NCBI RefSeq assembly: GCF_016127575.1 | Contig: NZ_CP066019.1 | Span: 2,760,001-2,792,000 of the forward strand | Direction of reading: 5' to 3' | Source of the DNA: Cupriavidus necator | Lineage (GTDB): Bacteria; Pseudomonadota; Gammaproteobacteria; Burkholderiales; Burkholderiaceae | Length of the DNA: 32,000 nucleotides | In this document: one piece after another, positions 10,118 to 18,429 of the stretch | Numbering within the stretch: the first letter of the stretch is position 1 | Layout of the letters: every line of letters starts with the position of its first letter | Translations under genes and position numbers: made by a program | Notes under the pieces: model-generated | Told to the model about the DNA's origin: nothing | The model's input: the letters and a program-made list of their open reading frames with translations, nothing else | Databases searched by the model: none

Positions 10118-10516
10118 ATGCTACTGGAACAAGTCCACACCCAACCCGACCCTTATGCTCCCTATCTGCTTTCGCAAGCCATCCGGGCCGGCGGCTTCCT
10201 CTTTGTCTCCGGCCAGGCCGGGGTCGGCGACGATGGCGCCATCGTGGGCCGTGACGACTTCGATGCCCAGGCCGAGCAGGCGTTCAGCAACCTCAGGCGC
10301 GCGCTGCAGGCGGGCGGCTCGGGGCTGGACCGCGTGGTGAAGGTGACGATCTTCCTGACCTCGATGGCACACTTCCCGAAGATCGTCGCACTGCGCCGCA
10401 AGTGGTTCTCTGCCCCCTATCCGGCCGACACCATCGTCGAGGTCTCGGCGCTCTACTCGCCGGACGCGAAGATCGAGATCGAAGCCATCGCCCTGGCCGC
10501 AGAAGCTGCGCGATGA
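10118..10516 (+). CDS. RidA (YjgF/YER057c/UK114) family protein (132 aa)
   Basis: ORF 10118..10516(+). AIRAGGFLFVSGQ...VVKVTIFLTSMAHF...IEIEAIA is typical of the RidA fold. GGAG lies 6 nt upstream of the ATG. Confidence 0.9.
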   Translation: MLLEQVHTQPDPYAPYLLSQAIRAGGFLFVSGQAGVGDDGAIVGRDDFDAQAEQAFSNLRRALQAGGSGLDRVVKVTIFLTSMAHFPKIVALRRKWFSAPYPADTIVEVSALYSPDAKIEIEAIALAAEAAR

Positions 10517-11646
10517 CCACGCCCGCCGCGCCCTCACTGTTCGATACGCTGGCCCTGAACGGCGTGCCGCTGCGCAACCGGCTCGCGGTGGCGCCGATGA
10601 CGCGCATCAGCGCCACCGCCGCAGGCGTTCCCACCGAGGCCATGACGCGCTACTACGCAGGCTTTGCCCGCGGCGGCTTTGGCCTCATCGTCACGGAGGG
10701 TATCTATACCGACCGTGCCTATACCCAGGGCTATGCCGGCCAGCCCGGTTTGACGGATGCGCAGCAAGTGGCCGCGTGGCGCCAGGTGGTTGCCGCGGTC
10801 CACCAGCAGGGCGGGCGCATCGTGGCCCAGCTGATGCACGCCGGTGCGCTGTCGCAGGCCAACCGCTTCCGCGACCACACGGTCGGGCCCTCGGCGGTGC
10901 AGCCCAAGGGGCTGCAAATGACCGTGTATGCCGGCAAGGGTCCATACCGGATGCCGCGCGCCATGGAAGAGGCGGACATCCTGCAGGCCATCGAAGGCTT
11001 TGCGCAGGCCGCCCGGCTGGCCCGTGACGCGGGTTTCGACGGCGTTGAAATCCACGGTGCCAATGGCTATCTGCTGGATCAGTTCCTGACGAGCTATACG
11101 AATCAACGCCAGGACGCCTGGGGCGGCAGCATCGCACAGCGCATGCGCCTGCCGCTGGAAACCGTCCGCGCGGTGCGCGTTGCCGTGGGAGCTGGCTTCC
11201 CCGTCGGCGTGCGCATCTCGCAAGGCAAGGTCAATGATTTCGTCCACAAGTGGCCGGAAGGCGCGGAAGGCGCGGCCGCCGTTTTCTCCGCGCTCGCGGC
11301 AAGCAGCGTGGACTACCTCCACGTGACGGAGCACGAAGCATGGCAGCCCGCCTTCGCGGACGACGGCGCGACGCTGGTGCAGCTTGCACGCCGTGCCGCG
11401 CCCGGGCTCACGATCATGGCCAACGGCAGCCTGCATGAGCCATCGCGCGCGGCCAGCCTGCTGGACGATGGCGCGACGCTGGTCGCGCTCGGACGCGGCG
11501 CCCTTGCGAATCCGGACTGGCCGGTGCTGGTGCGCGAGGGACAGCCGGTGCGGCCGTTCGATGCGGCCGTCCTCGCGCCGCTGGGCAATATCAAGGATGC
11601 CGAGCAGGCGCTGCGCGAAGCACGCGCGACGGTGACGCCAGGCTGA
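10513..11646 (+). CDS. NADH:flavin oxidoreductase / NADH oxidase (Old Yellow Enzyme family, 377 aa)
   Basis: Trimmed from ORF 10402..11646(+) to MTTPAAPSLFDTLALNGVPLRNRLAVAPMTR...HGANGYLLDQFL. The ATG at 10513 overlaps the RidA stop as ATGA (10513..10516). Confidence 0.9.
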   Translation: MTTPAAPSLFDTLALNGVPLRNRLAVAPMTRISATAAGVPTEAMTRYYAGFARGGFGLIVTEGIYTDRAYTQGYAGQPGLTDAQQVAAWRQVVAAVHQQGGRIVAQLMHAGALSQANRFRDHTVGPSAVQPKGLQMTVYAGKGPYRMPRAMEEADILQAIEGFAQAARLARDAGFDGVEIHGANGYLLDQFLTSYTNQRQDAWGGSIAQRMRLPLETVRAVRVAVGAGFPVGVRISQGKVNDFVHKWPEGAEGAAAVFSALAASSVDYLHVTEHEAWQPAFADDGATLVQLARRAAPGLTIMANGSLHEPSRAASLLDDGATLVALGRGALANPDWPVLVREGQPVRPFDAAVLAPLGNIKDAEQALREARATVTPG

Positions 11647-11660
11647 CGGCATCGCCCGCG

Positions 11661-12659
11661 CTAGCGTTGCGCGTGATCCCTGCGCCAGCTGGCCGGCGCC
11701 ATCCCGAACTGCGCAGAAAACCACCGGGTAAAGGAGCTGGCCGACCCATACCCCAGCAACTGCGACACCCGCAGCAGCGAATAGCGCGGGTTCTCCACGT
11801 ACCGTCGCGCCAGTTCACGCCGCACGTCGTTCAGGATCTCAGTAAAGGTCTCGCCCGCGTCGTCGAGCTGGCGCTGCATGGTGCGCAGGCTCAGGCCCAG
11901 GCCCTCCGCCACGGCCTCGCAGGTGGCGCGGCCCATTGGCAGCATCAGGTAGATGGCGGCGCGCACTTCATGGCCGATGGACTGCGGGTTGGCGCGCGGC
12001 AGCGTGTCGATGAACTGCTGTGCGTAGCGTGCCATGACCGGATCCGCCGTCGGGTTCGGCGCGTCGAGGTCGGCCGCGCGGCAGATGATGCCATTGCAGT
12101 CCGCGTTGAACTCCAGCGGGCAACCGAACAGGCGGCGATGGATGCGCAGGTCGGCCGGCGGCGCATGCGTGAAGCTCACGCCGATCGGCTGCCAGCGCGG
12201 ACCCAGCAGCAGCGCGCACATGCGGAAGACGACGCCGATGGCCAGCTCGGTGGCCTGCCGCGAGGGCGCGTCGCTGAGCACTTCCTGCCGGATGACCACG
12301 GCGCTGCCGGCATCCTCGAGCAACAGCGCCACCGAGTCATTGACCAGGTGCCGGTAGCGGATGGTGGTGGCAAGCGCGGCGCGCAGCGTGGGCTGCTGGC
12401 TGATCAAGAGGCTCATCACGCCAAAGTCCGACAGCTGGCGCGACTCCGCCATGCGCAGCCCGAAGGTCGGGCAGGCCGAGGCCTGCGCGGCGGCTTCCAG
12501 CAGCGCCACGCAGGCGCTGAGCGGGACGCGCTGGTCGGGATCGTCCAGCCAGGCCCGCCGCAGTCGCGCCTGGCGCAGCAACGGCTGCGGATCCAGGCCG
12601 AGGTCGCGCGAAACCTCGAGGAAGTTGGTTAGTGCGGCAGCACGTATCAGGGTTTCCAA
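11661..12659 (-). CDS. AraC family transcriptional regulator with AraC-type ligand-binding N-domain (332 aa with the TTG start)
   Basis: ORF 11661..12869(-). C-terminal double HTH (LLRVSQLLGYGSASSFTRWFSAQFGMAPASWRR). Clear paralog of the AraC at 19605..20606. Aligning the two places the paralog's Met1 exactly on the TTG at 12659 (LETLIRAAALTNFLEV versus MSYYLRSASLTNYVEV) and gives nearly equal lengths of 332 and 333 aa. The alternative ATG at 12734 would add 25 aa with no counterpart. Confidence 0.85.
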   Translation of the reverse strand: METLIRAAALTNFLEVSRDLGLDPQPLLRQARLRRAWLDDPDQRVPLSACVALLEAAAQASACPTFGLRMAESRQLSDFGVMSLLISQQPTLRAALATTIRYRHLVNDSVALLLEDAGSAVVIRQEVLSDAPSRQATELAIGVVFRMCALLLGPRWQPIGVSFTHAPPADLRIHRRLFGCPLEFNADCNGIICRAADLDAPNPTADPVMARYAQQFIDTLPRANPQSIGHEVRAAIYLMLPMGRATCEAVAEGLGLSLRTMQRQLDDAGETFTEILNDVRRELARRYVENPRYSLLRVSQLLGYGSASSFTRWFSAQFGMAPASWRRDHAQR

Positions 12660-12741
12660 GCCAGCGTTGCCTTGCGATGAGATGTCAGTCGGGGGCGCGG
12701 TCTGCCCGCCGCAGCAGCGATCATAGGGCCGCATGGCATGA

Positions 12742-12771
12742 AATGCAAAGTCATCGGGAGCCAATGCAAAG
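12742..12771 (+). promoter_or_regulatory. Tandem direct repeat AATGCAAAG-N12-AATGCAAAG (21-bp phasing), a candidate AraC operator of the qor operon promoter
   Basis: Read directly: AATGCAAAG at 12742..12750 and again at 12763..12771. A -10-like TACAGT at 12792..12797 lies 20 nt downstream of the proximal repeat and 52 nt upstream of the qor ATG. Confidence 0.55.
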
Positions 12772-12849
12772 CCGGCCGGGGCAGCAATCTCTACAGTTCC
12801 CTGCAGCTGCAGCGTGTTCTGCACCAACCAGACTCCAGGAGACAAGACC

Positions 12850-13830
12850 ATGGCAAACGTTGTCCGCATGTACGAGACCGGCGGCCCCGAAGTGCTTCGC
12901 TATGAACACATGGAAGTGGGCGATCCGGGCCCCGGACAGGTCCGCATCCGCCACGTCGCAGTGGGACTGAACTACGCCGACACCTACTTCCGCAATGGCA
13001 CCTATCCCGTGCCGCTGCCCAGCGGCATGGGCGTGGAAGCCGCCGGCGTGGTGGTATCCGTCGGCCCGGGCGTGACCAACGTGGCGGCGGGCGACCGCGT
13101 CACCTACACCGGCTTCGTCAACACGCTGGGCGCCTACAGCACCGAGCGCCTGGTACCGGCCGCGCCGCTGATCCGCCTGCCCGAGAGCATTGCCTTCGAA
13201 ACCGCCGCGGCCATGACCATGCGCGGGCTGACCTCGGCCTACCTGATGCGCCGCATCTATCCGTTCAGCCAGGGCGACACCATCCTGCTGCACGCCGCGG
13301 CGGGCGGGGTCGGGCTGATCGTGTCGCAGTGGGCCAAGCTGCTGGGCCTGACGGTGATCGGCACGGTGTCCACCGAAGCCAAGGCCGAAGTGGCGCGTGC
13401 GCACGGCTGCGACCACATCATCCAGTACACCCGCGAAGACGTAGCCAAGCGCGTGCGCGAGCTGACCGACGGCGTGGGGGTCTCGGTGGTATTCGACAGC
13501 GTCGGCAAGACCACCTTCATGGCGTCGCTGGATTCGCTCAAGCGGCGCGGCACCATGGTGTGCGTGGGCACCGCATCGGGCCCGATTCCGCCGTTCGACC
13601 CCGTGCTGCTGGCGATGAAGGGATCGCTGTTCCTGACGCGCCCGGCGCTGGCCGACTACATCGCCGACCCTGCGGAGAAGCAAGCGCTGGCGGGCGAGCT
13701 GTTCGACCACGTGGGCGCGGGCCGCATCCGCATCGGCATCAACCAGCGCTATGCGCTGGAAGACGCGGTCCAGGCGCACCAGGACCTGGAGGCGCGCCGT
13801 ACCACCGGCTCGTCGATCTTCGTCATCTGA
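12850..13830 (+). CDS. NADPH:quinone oxidoreductase (zinc-independent MDR family, 326 aa)
   Basis: Trimmed from ORF 12814..13830(+) to MANVVRMYETGGPEVLRYEHMEVGDPGPGQVRIRHVAVGLNYADTY...LHAAAGGVGL. AGGAGA lies 7 nt upstream of the ATG at 12850. Confidence 0.9.
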   Translation: MANVVRMYETGGPEVLRYEHMEVGDPGPGQVRIRHVAVGLNYADTYFRNGTYPVPLPSGMGVEAAGVVVSVGPGVTNVAAGDRVTYTGFVNTLGAYSTERLVPAAPLIRLPESIAFETAAAMTMRGLTSAYLMRRIYPFSQGDTILLHAAAGGVGLIVSQWAKLLGLTVIGTVSTEAKAEVARAHGCDHIIQYTREDVAKRVRELTDGVGVSVVFDSVGKTTFMASLDSLKRRGTMVCVGTASGPIPPFDPVLLAMKGSLFLTRPALADYIADPAEKQALAGELFDHVGAGRIRIGINQRYALEDAVQAHQDLEARRTTGSSIFVI

Positions 13831-13855
13831 GAACAACAACAGAGGAGACCACACC

Positions 13856-14704
13856 ATGCATGCAGAACCCCTGACCTGCACCATTGGCGCCGAACTGAGC
13901 GGCGTCAGCCTGGCCGATGCATCACGCGACGCCGGCCTGTTCACCGAGATCAAGGCGCTGCTGCTGCAGCACAAGGTGCTGTTCCTGCGCGACCAGGACA
14001 TCACCCGCGCCGAACACGTTGCCTTTGCCCGCCGCTTCGGCGAACTGGAAGACCACCCGGTGGTAGGCAGCGACCCGGAGCACCCGGGCCTGGTGCAGAT
14101 CTACAAGTCGCCCGACAGCAAGGTCGAGCACTACGAGAACTCGTTCCATTGCGACGCCACCTGGCGCCAGGCGCCGCCGATGGGCTGCGTGCTGCGCTGC
14201 GTGGAAACGCCGGCAGTGGGCGGCGACACCATCTGGGTGAACATGGGCGAGGCGTACCGCCGCCTGCCGCAGGACATCAAGGCCCGCATCGAAGGCCTGC
14301 GCGCCAAGCACAGCATCGAACACACCTTCGGCGCCAATATGCCGCCGGAGAAGCGTGCCGCGCTGGCGGCGCAGTTCCCGATGGTGGAGCATCCCGTGGT
14401 GCGCACCCACCCGGAGACGGGCGAGAAGGTCCTGTTCGTCAACGCCTTCACCTCGCACTTTGCCAACTACCACCGCGACGACGTGGTCCGCTTCGGCAAG
14501 GATTTCATGCCCGGCGCCGGCGATCTGCTGCACTACCTGTGCGCGCAGGCGGAGATCCCGGAGTACCAGGTGCGCTGGCGCTGGAAGAAGAACAGCGTGG
14601 CGATCTGGGACAACCGCTGCACCCAGCATTACGCAGTGCAGGACTATGCGCCCACGGTGCGCAAAATGGAGCGCGCCGGCATCATCGGCGACGTGCCGTT
14701 CTGA
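13856..14704 (+). CDS. TauD/TfdA family Fe(II)/2-oxoglutarate-dependent dioxygenase (282 aa)
   Basis: Trimmed from ORF 13751..14704(+) to MHAEPLTCTIGAELSGVSLAD... It carries the HxD iron ligands in FHCDATW and a distal His region (HPVVRTHPETGEKVLFVN). GAGGAG lies upstream of the ATG at 13856, 25 bp after the qor stop. Confidence 0.9.
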   Translation: MHAEPLTCTIGAELSGVSLADASRDAGLFTEIKALLLQHKVLFLRDQDITRAEHVAFARRFGELEDHPVVGSDPEHPGLVQIYKSPDSKVEHYENSFHCDATWRQAPPMGCVLRCVETPAVGGDTIWVNMGEAYRRLPQDIKARIEGLRAKHSIEHTFGANMPPEKRAALAAQFPMVEHPVVRTHPETGEKVLFVNAFTSHFANYHRDDVVRFGKDFMPGAGDLLHYLCAQAEIPEYQVRWRWKKNSVAIWDNRCTQHYAVQDYAPTVRKMERAGIIGDVPF

Positions 14705-14715
14705 CGGAGGCAGAC

Positions 14716-16362
14716 ATGCAACCAAACCTTGTGCCTGCGGCGCCGCAGGCTTATGCCTATCCCTTGCTCGTCAGGCAACTGCTGCTCAATTCGCTGTCGC
14801 TCTACGGCGACCAGCAGATCACGTACCGCGGGCAACTGCGCCATAGCTATCGCGACTTCCACCGGCGTGTCGGCCGGCTGGCTTCAGCGCTGGCGGCGCA
14901 GGGGGTGGCGCACGGCACCACCGTGGCGGTGATGGACTGGGACAGCCACCGCTACCTGGAATGCTATTTCGGCGTGCCGATGATGGGCGCGACGCTGTTC
15001 ACGGTCAACGTGCGGCTGTCGGCGCAGCAAATCCTGTACACGCTGAACGATTCCGGCGCCGAGGTGGTGCTGCTCCATCCCGACTTCCTGCCGGTGATGG
15101 AAGAGATCCGCGGCCAGCTGACCAGCGTGCGCAGCTTTGTCCTGCTGGCCGACGGCCAGCACGTGCCGCCGACATCTCTGCCGTTCTGCGGCGAGTACGA
15201 GACGCTGCTGAGCGCGGCCTCGCCCGACTTCGACTTCCCCGAGTTCGACGAGAACACCCGCGCCGCCACCTTCTACACGACGGGCACCACCGGCGATCCC
15301 AAGGGCGTGTGCTACAGCCATCGCGATATCGTGCTGCATGCGCTGGCCTCGGCCACCAGCCTGTGCGCGCCGCGCGAAGGACAGCGCCTGCATCGGGAAG
15401 ACGTCTACATGCCGATCACGCCGATGTTCCACGTGCTCGCCTGGGGCATCCCGTATGTCGCGGTCATGCTCGGGCTGCGCATCGTGCTGCCGGGGCGCTA
15501 TGCGCCGGACATGCTGCTGCAGTTGCGCGAGACCGAGCGGGTCACGTTCTCGCACTGCGTGCCGACCTTGCTGCAGATGCTGTTGCAGGCGGCGCAGGCA
15601 AGCGGCCAGGACTTGTCGGGCTGGAAGCTCATCATCGGCGGCTCGGCGCTGCCGCCGGCGTTGTGCGAGGCTGCCCTCGAGCGCGGCATGGATGTGTTTG
15701 CCGGCTATGGCATGTCGGAGACCGGCCCCATCGTCGCGCTGGCACAGTTGCCGCCAGGCGACGCACATCGCGACCATGAGACCGAAGTGCGCATGCGCTG
15801 CTCGACGGGGCGGCCGGTGGCGATGGTGGACTTCCGCCTGGTGGATGAATCGATGCACGAGGTGCCGCGCGACGGCCAGGCGCGCGGCGAGATCGTGCTG
15901 CGCGCACCGTTCCTGACCAGGGCATACCATGGCAAGCCCGAGGCATCGGCCGAGCTGTGGGCCGGCGGCTACCTGCATACGCAGGACATCGCGGTAATGG
16001 GGGCCGACGGCTTCGTGCAGATCGTCGACCGGATCAAGGACGTGATCAAGACCGGCGGCGAATGGGTCTCGTCGATCGAGGTCGAGAGCCTGGTCACGCA
16101 GGTGCCGGGCGTGCAGGAGTGCGCGGTCATCGGCGTGCCGGACGCCAGGTGGGGCGAGCGGCCGATGGCATTCGTGGTGCGCAAGCCTGGCACAACGGTG
16201 ACCGCGGATACGATTCGTACGTCGCTGCTGGCGCGCGTCGAGGCCAACCGGCTCAGCAAATATGCGGTGCCGGAATCCGAGCGGATCCTGTTTGTCGACG
16301 AGATCCCGAAGACCAGCGTCGGCAAGATCGACAAGAAGCGCTTGCGCAGCACCGGCGCCTGA
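14716..16362 (+). CDS. AMP-dependent acyl-CoA synthetase / fatty-acid--CoA ligase (548 aa)
   Basis: Trimmed from ORF 14149..16362(+), whose 5' 190 codons overlap tauD out of frame. The ATG at 14716 follows GGAGG. AMP-binding motif YTTGTTGDPKGV, GYGMSETG, and C-terminal PKTSVGKIDKKRLR. Confidence 0.9.
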   Translation: MQPNLVPAAPQAYAYPLLVRQLLLNSLSLYGDQQITYRGQLRHSYRDFHRRVGRLASALAAQGVAHGTTVAVMDWDSHRYLECYFGVPMMGATLFTVNVRLSAQQILYTLNDSGAEVVLLHPDFLPVMEEIRGQLTSVRSFVLLADGQHVPPTSLPFCGEYETLLSAASPDFDFPEFDENTRAATFYTTGTTGDPKGVCYSHRDIVLHALASATSLCAPREGQRLHREDVYMPITPMFHVLAWGIPYVAVMLGLRIVLPGRYAPDMLLQLRETERVTFSHCVPTLLQMLLQAAQASGQDLSGWKLIIGGSALPPALCEAALERGMDVFAGYGMSETGPIVALAQLPPGDAHRDHETEVRMRCSTGRPVAMVDFRLVDESMHEVPRDGQARGEIVLRAPFLTRAYHGKPEASAELWAGGYLHTQDIAVMGADGFVQIVDRIKDVIKTGGEWVSSIEVESLVTQVPGVQECAVIGVPDARWGERPMAFVVRKPGTTVTADTIRTSLLARVEANRLSKYAVPESERILFVDEIPKTSVGKIDKKRLRSTGA

Positions 16363-16380
16363 GCCGGCAGCAGGAAGAAG

Positions 16381-16411
16381 AAAGGGCAGCCTCGGATGAG
16401 GCTGCCCTTTT
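16381..16411. terminator. Bidirectional rho-independent terminator between the convergent ligase and Bug genes
   Basis: Perfect 13-bp stem: AAAGGGCAGCCTC (16381..16393), GGAT loop, GAGGCTGCCCTTT (16398..16410). A-run and T-run flanks give a U-tract on either strand. It lies 19 bp from each stop codon. Confidence 0.8.
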
Positions 16412-16429
16412 GCGTTGCCGGGAACTGAC

Positions 16430-17404
16430 TCAGGGCTGGATATTGAACGCCTTGACGATGCCGGCATTGCGCTCGAACTCCGTGCGCACTGATTCGCTCA
16501 GTTGCGGCAGGGGCTGCGCCGGCAGCGGCTCATAACCGAGCGCCTCCATGCGGTCACGCACCTTGGCAGAAGCCGCGGCCTTGTAGGCAGCCGCGTGGAC
16601 CTTCTCGGCCAGTTCGGGCGACAGCTTCGACGACGCAATCACGCCCACCCAGTTGCTGAACTCCATGTCGGGGTAACCCATTTCCGCAAAGGTTGGCACC
16701 TGCGGCAGCAGCGCCGAGCGGCTCTTCGACGCCACGGCATAGACCTGCACCTTGCCGGCACGGATCATCGGCAGCGAGGTCACCATGCCGTCGTACATCA
16801 CGGCAATCTGATTGCCCATCACCTGCGTCAGCGCCGGCGCGGAACCGGCAAAGGGCACATGCTGCAAGTCCAGCCCGGCCTTCTGGTTCATGATCATGCC
16901 CGCGTAGTGCGAAGCGGTGCCGGCGCTGTACGAAGCAAAGCTGAGCTTGCCCGGATTGGCCCGGGCGTAGCTGACCAGGCCCTTCAGGTCCTTGGCCGGC
17001 AGGCCAGGCGCGCCAATCATCACCATGCGCGAACGCGCCACGGCGGCGACGGGCCTGACGTCTTTCAGCGGGTCGAACGGCTGCTTGAGCACATGCGGGA
17101 TCTCGGTCAGCACATTGCTGGCGGTGACCATGATGGTCTGGCCATCAGCGGGCGCGGCCAGCATGGTAGTGATGGCAATGCCGCCGCCGGCGCCCGGCTT
17201 GTTGTCGACCACCACGGGGTGGCCAAGGTCGGCCGACAGCTGGTCTGCCAGCAGGCGCGCGAGCACGTCCATGGTGCCGCCCGCGGGGGCGGGCACCAGC
17301 ATCCGGACCGGCTTGCTGGTCCAGGCCATGGCAGCGGGAGCCGCCAGCGCCAGGCCGGCCGCCACGGCGGCGATACGCAGCAGGAATGAAGGGTGGGTGG
17401 GCAT
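16430..17404 (-). CDS. Bug family tripartite tricarboxylate transporter substrate-binding protein (TctC-like, 324 aa)
   Basis: Trimmed from ORF 16430..17656(-) to MPTHPSFLLRIAAVAAGLALAAPAAMAWTSKPVRMLVPAPAGGTMDVLARLLAD...DNKPGAGG. It has a signal peptide plus the Bug signature. GGAGA lies upstream of the ATG at 17404. Confidence 0.9.
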   Translation of the reverse strand: MPTHPSFLLRIAAVAAGLALAAPAAMAWTSKPVRMLVPAPAGGTMDVLARLLADQLSADLGHPVVVDNKPGAGGGIAITTMLAAPADGQTIMVTASNVLTEIPHVLKQPFDPLKDVRPVAAVARSRMVMIGAPGLPAKDLKGLVSYARANPGKLSFASYSAGTASHYAGMIMNQKAGLDLQHVPFAGSAPALTQVMGNQIAVMYDGMVTSLPMIRAGKVQVYAVASKSRSALLPQVPTFAEMGYPDMEFSNWVGVIASSKLSPELAEKVHAAAYKAAASAKVRDRMEALGYEPLPAQPLPQLSESVRTEFERNAGIVKAFNIQP

Positions 17405-17457
17405 GTTGTCTCCGTTATGTAGTATGGATCTTCTGTCCAGCATTGCCGGGCGCGGCG

Positions 17458-18174
17458 TCACCGGGCGGTGAGCGCGATGCCTGGCGGGGGTGGGGAAGCG
17501 GGAGACGCGCGGGCCAGCGCCCGCAGCATTGCCTCCAGCAAGGCACGCGGCGGCCTGGCGCCAGCGATCGGCGGCGCACCGTTGATCACAAAGCGCGGCA
17601 CGCCCAGGCCGGGATTGGGTAGCGGCACATCCTCGCCATGCAGCGGCGGCAGCCATGCCAGGTCTTGCACAGTGGCCGGTGCCGCCGCTTGCGGCATCGG
17701 CATGCCGGAGGCGATCGCCGCGGCGTGCAGCACGCGTGGATCGCCGAGGTCCTCGCCGCGCAGGAAGTACTCTTCAAACAATCGGTCGATCAGCACGGAT
17801 GCGGCCGCCTCGCCACCAGCCTGGCGCGCATACCGGATCAGGCGATGCGCAAGCACGGTGTTGGGCAGCACTTCGATGCGGTCAAGTTCCAGCGTGATGC
17901 CGGCCTCGCGCGCCGCGGCGCATACCTGCGCCTGCCGCAGCGCCACGGCTTCGGCGCTGCCAAGCCGCGCCAGGCTGAACTTGCGATAGGGGATGCCGGC
18001 AGGCGGCAGCGTCGGAAACAGGAGAGAGCTGCGCCATTCGACCGTGACCGCTACATCGGGCCGTTGCTGGGCCAGCTGCGCCAGCGCCGTTTCAAGATGG
18101 CGCTTGCCGATCATGCACCAGGGGCAGACCAGGTCGAACCCGACCTGGATGAAGAGGGAGACAGGCTGGTTCAT
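17458..18174 (-). CDS. DsbA family oxidoreductase (FrnE / 2-hydroxychromene-2-carboxylate isomerase-like thioredoxin fold, 238 aa)
   Basis: Trimmed from ORF 17458..18303(-) to MNQPVSLFIQVGFDLVCPWCMIGKRHLE, which contains a CPWC active-site-like motif. The ATG at 18174 overlaps the upstream DUF1289 stop as ATGA. Confidence 0.85.
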   Translation of the reverse strand: MNQPVSLFIQVGFDLVCPWCMIGKRHLETALAQLAQQRPDVAVTVEWRSSLLFPTLPPAGIPYRKFSLARLGSAEAVALRQAQVCAAAREAGITLELDRIEVLPNTVLAHRLIRYARQAGGEAAASVLIDRLFEEYFLRGEDLGDPRVLHAAAIASGMPMPQAAAPATVQDLAWLPPLHGEDVPLPNPGLGVPRFVINGAPPIAGARPPRALLEAMLRALARASPASPPPPGIALTAR

Positions 18175-18371
18175 GGCAGAGCGCCCGTAGCGGCACGCTG
18201 CCCGCGGCGGGCCGGCGCCGCCGCCAGCACTTGCGCACGCTCCGCCTCGCTCATCTGCGCCCAGCGCCCGATTTCCAGCCGTGTCCTGGCGCAGCCCTGG
18301 CAATAGCGGTTGGCGAGGTCCATGCGGCAGATGTTGATGCAGGGATTGGCGAGGGCGTCAGGGTGATGCAT
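18171..18371 (-). CDS. DUF1289 domain-containing small Cys-rich protein (66 aa)
   Basis: Trimmed from ORF 18171..18587(-) to MHHPDALANPCINICRMDLANRYCQGCARTRLEIGRWAQMSEAERAQVL. The C-x3-C...C-x2-C pattern and the RT..EI..W segment are typical of DUF1289. GGAG lies 7 nt upstream of the ATG at 18371. Confidence 0.75.
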   Translation of the reverse strand: MHHPDALANPCINICRMDLANRYCQGCARTRLEIGRWAQMSEAERAQVLAAAPARRGQRAATGALP

Positions 18372-18429
18372 CACGAACTCCGGTAGTGCATGGCAAGGGC
18401 CGGCCGGTATGCCGGCCCTGTGGCCAGGG

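Noticed and set aside
14149-14715. 5' extensions of track ORFs that would create giant fusion proteins: the 737-aa version of the CoA ligase, the 547-aa version of the hydrolase (22406..24049), the 472-aa porin, the 408-aa Bug, the 404-aa LysR and the 402-aa AraC.
   Set aside because: The extensions overlap the upstream gene out of frame or read through intergenic DNA, and are Arg/Pro-rich with no homology-like pattern. In every case an internal ATG or TTG with a Shine-Dalgarno coincides with the start of the recognisable domain or signal peptide.
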